Assembly: GCA_002633005.1 (NCBI GenBank)
Contig: NMRA01000293.1
Coordinates: 85,198-149,197 of the forward strand
DNA length: 64,000 nt
Direction of reading: 5' to 3'
Source of the DNA: Phoronis australis
Lineage: Eukaryota > Animalia > Phoronida
A model generated the notes under the pieces. The model worked only from the letters and a program-made list of their open reading frames with translations. It did no database searches and had not been told where the DNA came from. Both the position numbers and the translations under genes were made by a program. Position 1 is the stretch's first letter, and the number at the start of each line of letters is the position of its first letter. This document shows positions 12,462 through 25,697 of the stretch, in pieces.

Positions 12462-13990
12462 AGTGACCACTCAACAGCTCCCATTGCTGAAAGAAAGGAA
12501 TACACTTCAAGAATCATCAAAAATATTACCATAGTCTTCTCAGAAAACAGTGCAAATGAAGCAGACTACATAGGGACCTGGAGATTGCCTGGTTCAGAAT
12601 TATGCAGGATTCTAGACACCAATGGTCAGATTTGACATTGTTTTTCATGACAGACAAAATATTACAGATGCCACACATTCATTGACTTCATTATGACAAA
12701 GCCAAACAAAGTGTAAACTTGGGAAGAATCAGCAATACATCACAGTTACTGTTCACTTGAAATGGATATAAACAACTTCAAGTAACAAGAGCAATGCAAA
12801 GCACTGAAATGCACCCATGACTGCACAACAGTATGCTTCCAGGGGTGTACATTAGTGTCATAAAACTGGACATTAGATGGAACAGAATATGTCAAACATG
12901 ACCAAAAATTGAGAAGGTGTGGTCATCTCCTCAACAAACATGTTGATTTCTAAATTATTTAAGAATCTGGGTGACAGTTGATAAACTAATGGTTTGACAA
13001 AAGTGACATTCCAATAGAGTTCTATGGGTCAAAATAAAAGACTGGCTCTACATCTCGCACTTAAAATTATTACCGTACAAAAACACTGGATGCCTGAGAT
13101 AAACATAGTTAATAAACTAGCAGGTTAGCAATTGAGTTATGCTGATTGAGTCCTGTATGTTAAAATAACAACAGCAGGAGCCAAGACCACCATTAGCCCA
13201 GTTACCAGGACATGAAACATGCACCATCTTTCCAGCAAGATAACCAACTCATACCCAATAAAAACAGGAGATCTCAAGGATGTATGTCAGATTTCAAGTA
13301 CTGCAATACTGACAATAAAAATAGCCCACAATTCAAAGCTGGGAAATGCAGTTTGCCACAGAAATACTGAACAGGGCTTGACGAAAGAAACAAATTCACC
13401 AAATAGCAGCACTCTTCACAACTTGTTTTTGCCTGTCATGCTAACTGTTGTAACGAGATTGAATTTTGCCCGGACAAATTTGGCTTACTTGCACGAAGTT
13501 TGAAAAGCAATGTAACAACTTTTGGGAGATAAGCATTCCTAATGCAAATAGGAATAACAGAAGTCGTCAATATTTCAAAGTATTCCTGTGAGTGACTGGT
13601 GCCCAGATAAGGGCACTTTGGGCAACAGTTCAATGCACAGATTCCAAGGCTTTATGTTTAAAACCCACAGTTGCTTTCAAACACATAATGGATTTTGCAA
13701 TATGGCCTTTTTGATCTAGAACAGTGTTTGAAAGTAACTTGTGCAATACTGCCTGTTCCCCGCCTGATAGCTCTGGTCAGACTGCCGGGCTAATTCAATT
13801 CCTAGGTCGGGACAGGCACATTTTTACAGACTGGCAAATAATGGTCTATGTAATTGAGCAAACAACTATGTTATGCATTTCAGATACAACTTTCATCATA
13901 CAACAAACAAGTTTGCACACCAATTTAACGATAGAGTTTTGGAGATAATGTTCAACAACAATGTCATGGTTCAAGTAGGTTGCTTTCTTA

Positions 13991-14176
13991 AAATTTCATT
14001 TTAGCTGGGGTAAGGCTAATAATTATAAATTTCATTTTAGCTGGGGTAAGGCTAATAATTATAAATTTCATTTTAGCTGGGGTAAGGCTAATAATTATAA
14101 ATTTCATTTTAGCTGGGGTAAGGCTAATAATTATAAATTTCATTTTAGCTGGGGTAAGGCTAATAATTATAAATTT
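13991..14176. repeat. Minisatellite, 36-bp unit x5
   Basis: AAATTTCATTTTAGCTGGGGTAAGGCTAATAATTAT, identical tandem copies without spacers. Confidence 0.97.
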
Positions 14177-17100
14177 TCCTAACCTACAATGACACCTTGA
14201 AAACTCTAAACCCACTTAAATGAAGCCATGGCCCAATGCCATTCGAAAAATGCCAAATATGTGCTAAGAATCAATCCTTTCAAGTGCATACACAAACACC
14301 CAGACTCATGCAACATTGAAAAAAAACACAAAATATTTGCTTCAAATTACAACAGGTAAGATGGCAAAGATTGACTGTTTTGTAGTCCACACATGAAAAG
14401 TCAATACAAAATGGCCGTACCTTCCCTAAATCATTACTGGATGAAACATCTCCTTTGGACTATGAAGTTAAGTTCTAGAGAAAACTAAGAAACGTATAAA
14501 TAAAAAAACCTTTATGGTTTTAAGTCTGTTTTTAGCTTTATAAAGACTAAATCCCTGTATTCCTTTCTTTTGATTTAAGCCATTTACAGCTATTAGGACA
14601 AACTTGTTACTTAAATACGAAGAGATTTATGGGTTTGCAAAGAAATGAGGGTTCACTAATTCTAGAAACAATGCTTGGAACATAAAATGACATGCTGTGA
14701 CCAACCAACTTATTTCTACAAGTTGGCTCACCACAGGGTGTCCTTTTATGCTCCTAGTCTCCAGCAATAACAAACTGCCACTTCTTTTGAAGCACCCAGT
14801 CATATCTAACATGAACTAAGGAACAATTTGAGATCAATTTCATTATAATGGTAACTGGTACTTTATAAGTAAAAAATTGTGTTTTTTTGTAATGGAATGC
14901 AGGATAAAAGCTGTTTCCATCACCAAAAAACCTGAATCCACCAGCTGTTCAATTTTCAAAGCATGCATGCTAGGATCACGCTACATGGAAACAGATAGGC
15001 AAAGCCTAATAAAAATAAATTTTACATAAATAAGAAATATATTTTGCAATTACCCCAAATGAAAGAGGAGAGCAAATGTCATTTTCAGGCCATGTCTCTA
15101 TGTATTCAGTTTTTTGAATGACGAATTTGAATATGACTTCATGCACTTTATGTGCCAGTATTTACACAGATTTTTCACGTAGGATTTCATATAACGTAAA
15201 CTCGCGGGTTAACTCGCAGGAAATTGCTCACTCCCGACTTTTGCCAAATTTCAATGTAAGCAACTACTGTTCAAGTAATCGCCAATCCCCCACTCTGCGC
15301 AAATTTCCACTTAAGCGCCCACCTCTCAGGTAATCTTAACAATAAGCACAGGTAAATGAATGACAACAGGTACAAGAGGGAGTGGGATGCAGTGACTGCA
15401 CACCTGTGACATCAGTTGGCACAGATGGCTATAAAACCCACCTACGCCTACTTGTCAGCTAATTAAGAAAACAAACATGGCAATTCACCAATTCAAAGGC
15501 CAAAAAGGCGATACCGACAAATCATTACACCTTGTGAAAGAACGCCAGTCATTAATAAGTTCACCACACTGTGACCAGGCTATAAGTGAATGGCACAGGT
15601 GAGATGGACATAAAAAGGCGTTTGAAGTGCAGCAACTCAAAGTGCGCAATGAAAAACCACCTGAGTATATAAATACAGTACTAATAAGGTGAGACTTCTG
15701 TTGCTTAATGACAGCATCTCTTAAGAATAAATGCTTTGCCACAGGTAAAAACATTTTCTGCACAGACAGAACTCGCATAAAGTACCAGCTTTAATTTATT
15801 TTTATACTGATTTTTGTGCGTTCTCACTTTCTGGGCCAACAAAATTTCAAAAATACAGCCACTTGCCTAACGCTGCGACAGTTCATTGTCAAACTTCAGA
15901 TACTTAAAATATAATAAACAAGTGTACTAAACACAACACAAAAGTTAAAGGGGGAGTTACATGTACACATGGTCGGAAAATAGTGAAAGCGAAGTGAGCA
16001 AGTAACAAAAAACAATGGTTTACAGGGTTCTAAATGATGCCAACTAACATCTTTCATCTCTAATACCTTAATAAAATCAGGAATGACCGTAATGAAAAAC
16101 ACAGCACAGAAATAGCTGTTCCAGTTAAGTTCAGTGCAGTCAAAGGTGTGCACAATCATTAAAAAAACTATATGGATTTGAAAAAACAACACAATTCAAT
16201 TGTTTTTCTATTGACAAACTATGCACATCAACTCAAGCAATGAACTGACCATTGCCCAAGATTTCCAGCAGACATTAGACTGATTCTTTCTAGATGCGAT
16301 GGCTGTTTTCAAGCGGAGCCATTGCCCTCTTTAAAATTCTCCCAGGTTCTTTTTGGCAGTTCGGGGGTGTGAATTTCTGACTGGCCAAATCCTAGCTACT
16401 CAAAATCCTGGATACGTCCCTGAGATGCAAGTGATTCCTGGTCTTGATAAGAACTAACCGTAGGATTCTTTCAATTCTATGAAACAAGCTTTGAATGTGA
16501 TATCAAAAATTCCACAAATATTATTTTGAGGCACTGGGGACACCAAGCAAGCATGCATGAGCCATGTTGTGAAAAAATTCACACGGTACTCAATAGCACC
16601 TTTCCATGGAGTTTTCAAAAAAAATCTAGTTGGGGGTAAGAAGTCTTCAATTCAGGGCAAAAATAATTTTACAAAAACATGTTTTGTTGAACATTTTTCA
16701 AAAGTTGATTTATATGGTAATGATTATAACAATTGAACTATTGCCCTGTCGAAATAACTCTAGCTTAAGATCGCTGCATAAGTTAGCCACTTATTATAAC
16801 AAGTCTTCACAGTAGAAGCCTATGCTGGGCCCGATATTCTTCTAGGAGTTCGGTCGACCCACTATCACCCGATCCTCATTAAAAAAGCTTAGTTTTTGGT
16901 AATTTTCTTGTCAGGAAATCAAAAAGGTGTCAAATAAAATGATAGCTAGGTTCAAGTTTGGAAATTGACACTGAAAAAATCACCAGCAGAGCATCCTCCG
17001 ATTTTGTTTGGCCACCTGGTATAAATCCCAAGTCGCCATGCCAAATTCAAACACGCACTCAAAATACTACAGGAAGTAAAACAAACACAAGGCGGTCTGA

Positions 17101-17733
17101 AGATGGAACTACACGCGGGATATTTCTTATTTGAATATCCATTCATGCCAACTGGATTTGATTAGCTGACAGTTCCCATTTGGCGACCTGGGAATTTTGC
17201 CAGGTCGCGTTCAACGAGTTGACATTATGCCAAGCGTGGAAGCCATTTCAGCCAAGGCCACACAATCACACGCAAGCAAGGTTTTAATGCCACTATCATT
17301 TCAGGATTGGCAACCACAGAACCCTTGACTCACATGCATGAGTTGCCGCCAACCGCCCCCCCCCCCCCNCCACTGAACTGACTAAAGCTGGTTTGGGACA
17401 AAAAAACAAAACAAAAGTACATCAAATGCTAAAAAAATGAACAACTGAAAAAATACCACATCACCAAATAGATTTTCAAAAAACACACCAGAATAAAGCA
17501 CGCTTTTTTGATCTTAAAATCAACACTCACTATCGTTTTGTATTCTTGCTATTTTAAGACCAATTTTAAATGGAAAACATTAACTAGACTCCATTGATGC
17601 AACACAAATGTACACCGGGTGCTGAAGAATGAATGAACATAACAAACTAAATATACAAATTTATAACCATTCAAGAATGACCTAAAAAGTTTCATCAAAA
17701 GTCAAAGAGATGTATTAAGCAGGAGTAGGTGGA

Positions 17734-17889
17734 CGACCCAGATACCAAAACATTCACATGACACACAGCCTCTGACCCAGATACCATAACATTCACATCA
17801 CACACAGCCTCCGACCCAGATACCATAACATTCACATCACACACAGCCTCCGACCCAGACACCATAACATTCACATCACACACAGCCTC
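17734..17889. repeat. Minisatellite, 39-bp unit x4
   Basis: CGACCCAGATACCATAACATTCACATCACACACAGCCTC near-identical tandem copies. Confidence 0.95.
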
Positions 17890-20792
17890 AAACCGAAAAG
17901 GCTTCATGCCACACTTGTTGAGCTTTTTAATGCTGAGAGTATTTCCCTGTGGCAAATATTTACATTTCTTCATGATCAATTGTTCTCATGTGTTACAAGG
18001 GCACATCCGCAGAACTCCAATTTTTTTGGCATGAGACAAATGAGTAATTTTGATCACTGAAAAATCAAATGGACAAGTAGAAAAAATGTTAAAAAAATAT
18101 ATATATTCAGTTTTACTGCAGGAGAACTGAAACTTGGGAGTCCTCAAAAATTATTGCCTTTGCAGGTGTTTGCGTTCATTTGAGATTATGAAAATGCAGT
18201 TATTAGAAATCTGCTATTTGCCCAGGCATACACCCTTACCACAACTGAAAGGAAATCTTACCACAAAAACCCTTACCACAGAACCTGAATTCCAGTGGTA
18301 TTCACTAACCACATTTGGGCACTCTTACCACACAATGGTTTAACTCTCAATTTCATTGACCAAATGAGGAGCAACATGGAGCCATTTTACATAAATATGA
18401 CATGACTGTTTTGAGTTCACTTTGGTAAGAACTTACTTGGAGAGTAAAGCACATCACATTTGCATTGCGCATGGCGAACAGGGATGCTTCATTTGTTTAT
18501 TAAAAATAATGTATGGCACGATATATGGTAAATTCAAACCATCATACATGCAACTGTGTCTTCTAAAAGACACGTTTTCCAAACTTTGACTACAAGAACT
18601 TCAACTGAAGGCTTGTACTGAATTCTTGTCTCAGGCTAGTGTACCTTTATTCCCAGACAACAATTCGATGTTTGCAGCGATCCTCGTAGGCCAGGGACAT
18701 GCCTGGTGGCAGGTTACCTCATTCCCCCACCCGACACTGATGCTAATCCATTTGTGGACACCTCCGAAGTGTTAATGCATCAAATGCCCTCCAAGGCAAG
18801 AACATTTTGAAACCTAGAACTTTTGAACGTGACACATATACGGTACATCTAAGGTGTGGAAAACGGGTACACTTACACTATTCTGTATCACTAATAGAGG
18901 TCATTCTGGTGGAGAATGACTGCTTTTGTCTCGGACCACAGAAAATGAAGACCAACAGAATACAGTAACAGAAGACTTAATATGTTAATCCTACACTTAT
19001 TTAGCATACAATAAGGCAGGGAACTGAAATTCGATTTTGTTGATTCAATTCAGAATTTCTCCACACATTAAAGATTTAAAACATTCTAGTCAGTTACAAG
19101 CATGATTTGCATTGTGCAGATTCTATAAAATATTTGCTAATGCTCCAATTATTTGTAGAAAGGTAATCAGCCATTGAAAAATGGAAAAATGACCCTGGCA
19201 GTTACTGTTGTGCACAATAAGTGGAGAATTACCATAGTGTGTTTGAATGAGAAAATTATGATTTAGAAAATACCACTGCCAAGTGCTTATGATTTAGGAA
19301 AGAGAGAGTCACACACAAATAACCATTGAATACTGGCACATGAAATAAGCCGAGGATAACATAGAAAAGTCAAGTAACTTGTTTACCATTTTACACTGTT
19401 AGTCTTTATGTGAAGCACAAATCACACAATACAAACAATATCGAGTAAAATTAAAAAAAGAAAAAGTGGAAATTAACATTGAAAGTGTCACCAAAAAAAG
19501 TCTTTAAAAGATCACGTAAAGAGTGACCAGTTTTTGGGCACACATGTACTTGGTGGTTAGCCTTGGTGTGATGTCTTGTAAAAAATAAACAACTTTAGAC
19601 CCATCTGCGTAATAAGTGAGTGAAATAAAATCTGACATAAAAGTCAGTCTTTGAGTGGACAAACTTGTTTATCACTCCGAAAACAATACCGTTATTCCAT
19701 TATTAAACTTGTGGAACAATCATATCTGTCGATTTTTGAGTGCCATGAAATGAAGCAATGCCTGTTGGTCAATTTCTGTGTTCACTGATACTTCAATCAA
19801 CTGTTCATTTTCACAAGTTTGCCCACTGTTCACAGCAAATTACCAGAAGTCACTGCAGATCATTAGTACTTTTGAGTATTTATTACCAGCAAACTGAAAT
19901 TCTAAACAAATTTTGAATCCAAAGCAAAACTGTCACCATCTCTTGAAATATGTCATTTTACAAACCATAAGTTGTGAGCCAGCGTGTGTACGACTCAGGA
20001 GCAACATGTTTTGAAATCAATTGACATCCCACTTCTAGCTGGATAACATGTAGCCATTAGTAATGCAAACAATAACAGACAGTTGCCAACATTCCAAAAT
20101 AATCTAGGGCACACCACAACGCGAAAATGTCTGCTGCAACACGAGAAAAAAAACACTGCATGTCGATGCCATTTTTTTATATAGGTTAGTCATGCCTGTG
20201 TGATTTGCAATGGTAGCATATAGTGGTACCTGACAGGGATATATCCAGGTTCTAAATCCCCGCTCGCCAGGTGGGCGAGTGAGCCAGAAAATCTACTCGC
20301 CCTGCCCAAAGTTCAGTCACCTGGCCGTTTCGCGCAGGTCACCACAAACTTGCAGCCAACGTCAATACAAATGGTCGTTTCGTGCGTTGGTGATACCATC
20401 TATTAGGGCTAGTATCGTTTTTAGAAAATGCAGAATTCCAGGCAACAAACTTTCGACGTCGACGAATTCCCAGCAATGCAAAACTTAGCCTTAGCGCAAA
20501 GCTATATACTAATATACAGCTATGCGTCAATGTGGGTAAAAAAATGACCAGTTCAAATCTGACACAAAATTGGTGTCATTAAAAACTACACTTTTCCTTG
20601 AGTACATTAAATTATTTACCGTAATGGCTGGACAAAATACAGGAAAAGCTTCAGTGATTGCTTGGTTCTCTAAATGTACGGAAATATACAGCCACGCATT
20701 AACACACATTTATAAGCGGTGTACTTTTAAAACTATTACATAACTCATAAAAAAGTTACCCACTCCAAAACATCGAATGAAGCCTGCATATA

Positions 20793-21117
20793 CAGGGATA
20801 TTCCTGACAAGGTTTCAACCTGTGCCTTTTGGGCACACCTGATGATAAAAAGTGTGCCTTTTTTTCAAAAAGTTGTGCCCACAAGACTTAGCTAGTGTAA
20901 TTAAAGTGGTTAAAGATATGAAACAGAAACCCCAAAGGCAATCCAAATAAGAACAAAGTCATGTTTTACTCTACAAACTGTAAACAGAATCGAGCATTTT
21001 TGGAAGAGTGTTGCATTTTAAAAGATGCACCCAGGGGCCACACTGCTGCGATGTACTAGCGCATTATTCATTTTTTATGCGTTAATGGCACAAAGGCGCA
21101 GTCCAGGAATATCCCTG
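20793..21117. mobile_element. MITE with TIR CAGGGATATTCCTG
   Basis: 14-bp perfect inverted termini; CATATA on both flanks. Confidence 0.75.
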
Positions 21118-22239
21118 CATATATATGCAGTGCGTTAACGCATATTATGACTCTGGAGACAATTTAGTCACATAATTTGAATACAGCCATGAACATCTGT
21201 TGAGGTTCACTGGACATGTGACATTCTGAGGATGTGTCGTAGGAACCCAAATCTTAAAAGTTCCTTAAGATATGCTCCTGCACTACCTTTTTCAAATGTC
21301 AGCTACTGGGTCAAAGACTCTGTTCAGTCTCTTGTTGCGCCTAACTCACGTGAGGTCTATTCACCTACTTGATGGTTATAATGCATGGTGAAGAAGTTAA
21401 AGGCGATGAAAAAAGTGGAGGTGGAATTCATCGCCAAAGTCAACTTAGTAACCAGTAGACATGCTTCATCGAGGATAAGCATAGAACCAGAAAGGAAAGA
21501 TGAAGAAAATAACCTCTTTTTAATGACAATTTAAAGATGTATTTGCATGCTCCTAACTATGCTCATGTATAGCAGGAATTAAATGACAATGCTATATGAA
21601 CATCATCTATGCTAAACAAAGTGCAGTTGTATTCATTGACAACTTAAATGTGAAAACAAAAAATTCTAACCTTTGCTCTAATGATGTACCTTTGGGGCTC
21701 ATATAACCTACATCACGCAGTGTTATTCCCCAACACCACGTCACGATATTTACTGGACACAGTTGAGTGATTTACGGTAGATCATTTTCAACGCAAAACT
21801 CGTTCTTAAAAACATTTGGCATTTTTCAACGTACTTCACATTCACATCGTCGCTATATGTTGTGTTTCTAACAAATTTGACCAACCAATCACAGAGACAA
21901 GGAATTAGTGTGCAAATTCCACTTTAAGTATAAAACATTTTTGACGAGGTGAAAAGTGATCAGATTTGGACTACCACCAATTTAAAATACAAGCAGACGA
22001 GATTAGTACAGACACCGATGGGGAGTTTTGTCTCACCAGACAGCCTATACTGTACTGTATGTAAATAGAGTGAAAAATCCCCTTGTTCAAAGTTTCAAAC
22101 CCAGTACATCTTCAATGGCAGGCACTTTTAACCAATAGATCAAAGAGGAATTGACTAAAAAATGTGTTTATACTACCACACTCACTGCATATTGATCACA
22201 CTCTTCCCCATCCAATGATTAGTGGTGGTCATGCCATGT

Positions 22240-22490
22240 GGAACTCAACAACAGACCAGCCCCCTCTATACATGTGCCTCCTCCTCCATTAACGGCAGTA
22301 TCAAAAATAGGAGGTTACTGTGGTCCACCTCTGCTGGCATGAGTAGGCAGACTTTGCATTGATGAGCGCCAAAGTAGTGAAAATGTCCTTGTCCAAATTT
22401 CGAACCCAGTACAACCTCTTGCGCCAATGCCAGGCATCCTAGGAGTCCTAGGACGCTAGGACCTAACCAGTCGCGCAATTGCCCGTAGCC
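22240..22490 (-). mobile_element. Degenerate tRNA-derived SINE
   Basis: Minus strand has A-box-like GCGCGACTGGTTAG and B-box-like GGTTCGAAAT; body loosely resembles ~18680-18830. Confidence 0.45.
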
Positions 22491-25400
22491 GTAGGCGTAG
22501 CCGAGTGACTGAGTAAGACAGGCCTTTAATTACACTCATTGCATATTAACCACATACTCGACGGCACGTGGGTCAAAAAGTGCGACATTCTGATGATACT
22601 TCAAAAAGGCACGATTCCGCCGAAGGTGAGACGAATAATTCACAAGAACTAAGACCGTTCACGACGACACTTAGACTTAGATATCTCACGCCAAATCACA
22701 ACGGGTTGTATTTTGAGCATCGACATCTGGAGTAAGAGCTAATTTTCCATTACCTAAATTGATCCCCGTTATACTAAAACAGTTGATATCCTCAGTGTAA
22801 CAATTTCGCCGGTTCACTGCATTTAAGAGCAAAGAAAACACAAATAGGCCAACCCACCTTTCTGGCAACTGTTCTCTCGCTTTCTCAAAACACATCAATA
22901 TGGCGTCAAGGGAACTCTCGCCCTCTAATGGAGAACATGTGTAACTAATTATTGGGAGTGTCGCGGCGCCGAGAGGAGTATGAGCCAATGTATTGTATGT
23001 CTATGTATAATGCTTTCAGCGATGACAACTTCAGGACTCAGGCAATTTTCCTCCGTCACGGTCTGCATAAGGCTGAACTGGCGTAAGCCTGCTTTTCTCA
23101 TTAGTGACTAATAACACAATTCATTCATTTCGAACTATCGCCATTAGTAAATTCAGTTCCGCGACAAATTCAGGACAAAATTTTCAAAAAACAAAAAAGG
23201 GAAAGATTTTCTCACTTTCCGAAAATTTTAGCATTTATAAGTGAAATATTGGCAAGAGCTTTTGAAGATGACTGAGAGCAAGATTTGTCGGTGGAAACTA
23301 AGCTTAGCTCAGTAGAGCCGGGATAGATGTGGCCGGCGGCCGTCAATTGCAGTTAGTCGGGTGGCGGCCTTCCCCGGCCAGAACTCTCTCTGATCTAAGA
23401 ACCCATAATTACTTTTCAGAAACTGTAGGAGTCGAGAGCCGGCAAATCCGATGTGCTAGCCTCGTCGTTACGGGACCACTCGTTTTTAGCAAAAATGACC
23501 TTTGTGAAAGGTACACTGACAAAAATTCCTTTGTAATAAAACCTTGATAAAAATGGCCAAATCCATGTTTGTCGGGGATTTTCCATAACTACCATCCATG
23601 GATCAACAAAAATATGTTTTGTGTTTAGTCGAATTTTCTTAGCCTGGAGACTCTTGATTTTGAGTTAAACATAAAAATACAGAAAGGTAAAAAACCCGGC
23701 GGCTGAGTAACGCATTGCAGTGATACATATCAAACGGTGGATTGTTTCAGGTAGTACGTATTCGATCGCGATCCGGCTTAGTTTTGAATGCTCGTAACCC
23801 GGCTGCGCACAAAGCCCAGCTGAACTTGAAAGAATTAATTTGTTTGCCAAACAGTCGAACCGCCACTCGAACGTTTTGTTCTCGATTTATGTTACAAAAT
23901 ACGACAATGACAGTCGCTGTAAACTAGATTTTTTATCAAAGCGAAAAAACGTAATTCAATGTATTTTAACACTGCCACTTCTAAGTGCTTTGTCCAAAGC
24001 CATGAGGTTGGTAGTGCACTCGATGAGTTTACCCGGCTGGGTCGGACAACGTTGATCGTGTTTACGACATATTTGTATGAACATCCACAATGAATTTGGC
24101 GAGAGTCGGGAGCCGAAATATCAAACTTGACAAGGATTTGCACCAATTTTATGATGAAGTTTCTTAGAACATGGCGGGTTTTCTAATTCCGACAATATCA
24201 CCATCTGTCGGTTGCCAACCCCTTGCTTTCTTCCGAGACCTAAAAGTTTACCTTCGCGGCCCAAGTTTACGCGACATGATAAATAAAAAGGTTCAGAACT
24301 TTGTAAGATACTAGGAATAGGCCTAGATGTTTCACTCGCCACAGAGTACGCGTTGGAAATACGAGGGCTTATCATTACGGGAAACATTTGGCGGCATTGA
24401 TAGCTTGCACGTGAACACTGACGGAAACCATTAGTGTTGGCCTGAAGGCATTACCTGCCTCCCGTTCAGTAACGCAAGGACCTCGCTAAAAAGCAAGACT
24501 TCGCGAGATTACGTGAGATATTACCGTGCATTTTAAATAAGAACATGTGACTTTGACTACGTGTTAGCCAGGTCCTAGCGTAGGTCCTGGCGTCTACTGA
24601 ACGCACGCCTCTAACAGCCTTTCCAAAAGGGGCGTTTCTTCCTGATGAAATTGAATTCATTTAAAATCCTCACATATTTTGGTGCATGCACAGTGTATTT
24701 TTGTGAAATAGGGGTGGTTTCACGTAACTTCAGTTCGGCTCTGTGGACATTGACTAAAAAATTCGGCCACAGAGTTAGCATGATTGTTGATAACGAATGC
24801 AAGCACATGCTGCTTTGGACTTTTCTACCCGTAACAATCAAAACTTATAATTCGTTTCGATGCATCACAAATGTACATAGTTAAATAAACCTTTCACTGT
24901 CCTATTCGCTTAGGTCTGGTCCATCACACTCACAGACTATCAACCCAGCCGTCGTTTGAACAAAAACAAATGACATTCCGCGCTACCAATTTTATCACCG
25001 AGACAAACTATGCAAGTTATCGAACATCTCAAAACCACTTTCCGTATCAATATACGTATTACAATAATTAAGTTACTCAAACCCATGTTTTTAAAGATCA
25101 CCGTCATTTCAACAACTCAACACATCGTATACAACCTTGCTAGTTAGGCGTGAAAACTTACACATACTAACAGACACCCTACACAAAGATATTTAATATT
25201 CGAATTCGGAATCACGGGACTAAGTACTCATAAACGTATAGCCCAACCACGCCATACTATTCCAGTATGAATTCACAAGCCATTAACTAGACTAATGCAC
25301 GTTGTTTTTCTAGCGAGAACTCAGTACAGATTTAACCCTGGGCCCTGAAATCAATTTCAAGTACTTGCGCTTTTTTAAACATTTGCTGAAATTACCACCG

Positions 25401-25697
25401 GTGACTTTACTGGTAATGTACACAAAAATTTTATCCAGGTGGACTTAGCTCCCCTGCAGAGCATTACAGTGCAGTTGCAGTGTCCACTCCAGAATGATTA
25501 TCTCAGAAAACCACTTTTCTCTATAACAATCTCCTCAAAATAAATGAGATTCAAATTCCTTATTCGCACTGAATGAGGTTTGTTCTTCCCAAGCTCGTAA
25601 ATAAAACGCATTCACATGAGCTTTTACATTTTTTTATTTTTTATTCATTTATTTCAATGGGATATATCCACATTAAATACATTCACACTAGCCATTT

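Noticed and set aside
13991-14176. 36-bp repeat array resembling CRISPR repeat length
   Set aside because: Head-to-tail identical units with no spacers, no cas genes, eukaryotic context; the repetitive ORF is an artefact
17695-17979. ORF with SEAVCDVNVMVSG repeats
   Set aside because: Translation of a 39-bp minisatellite
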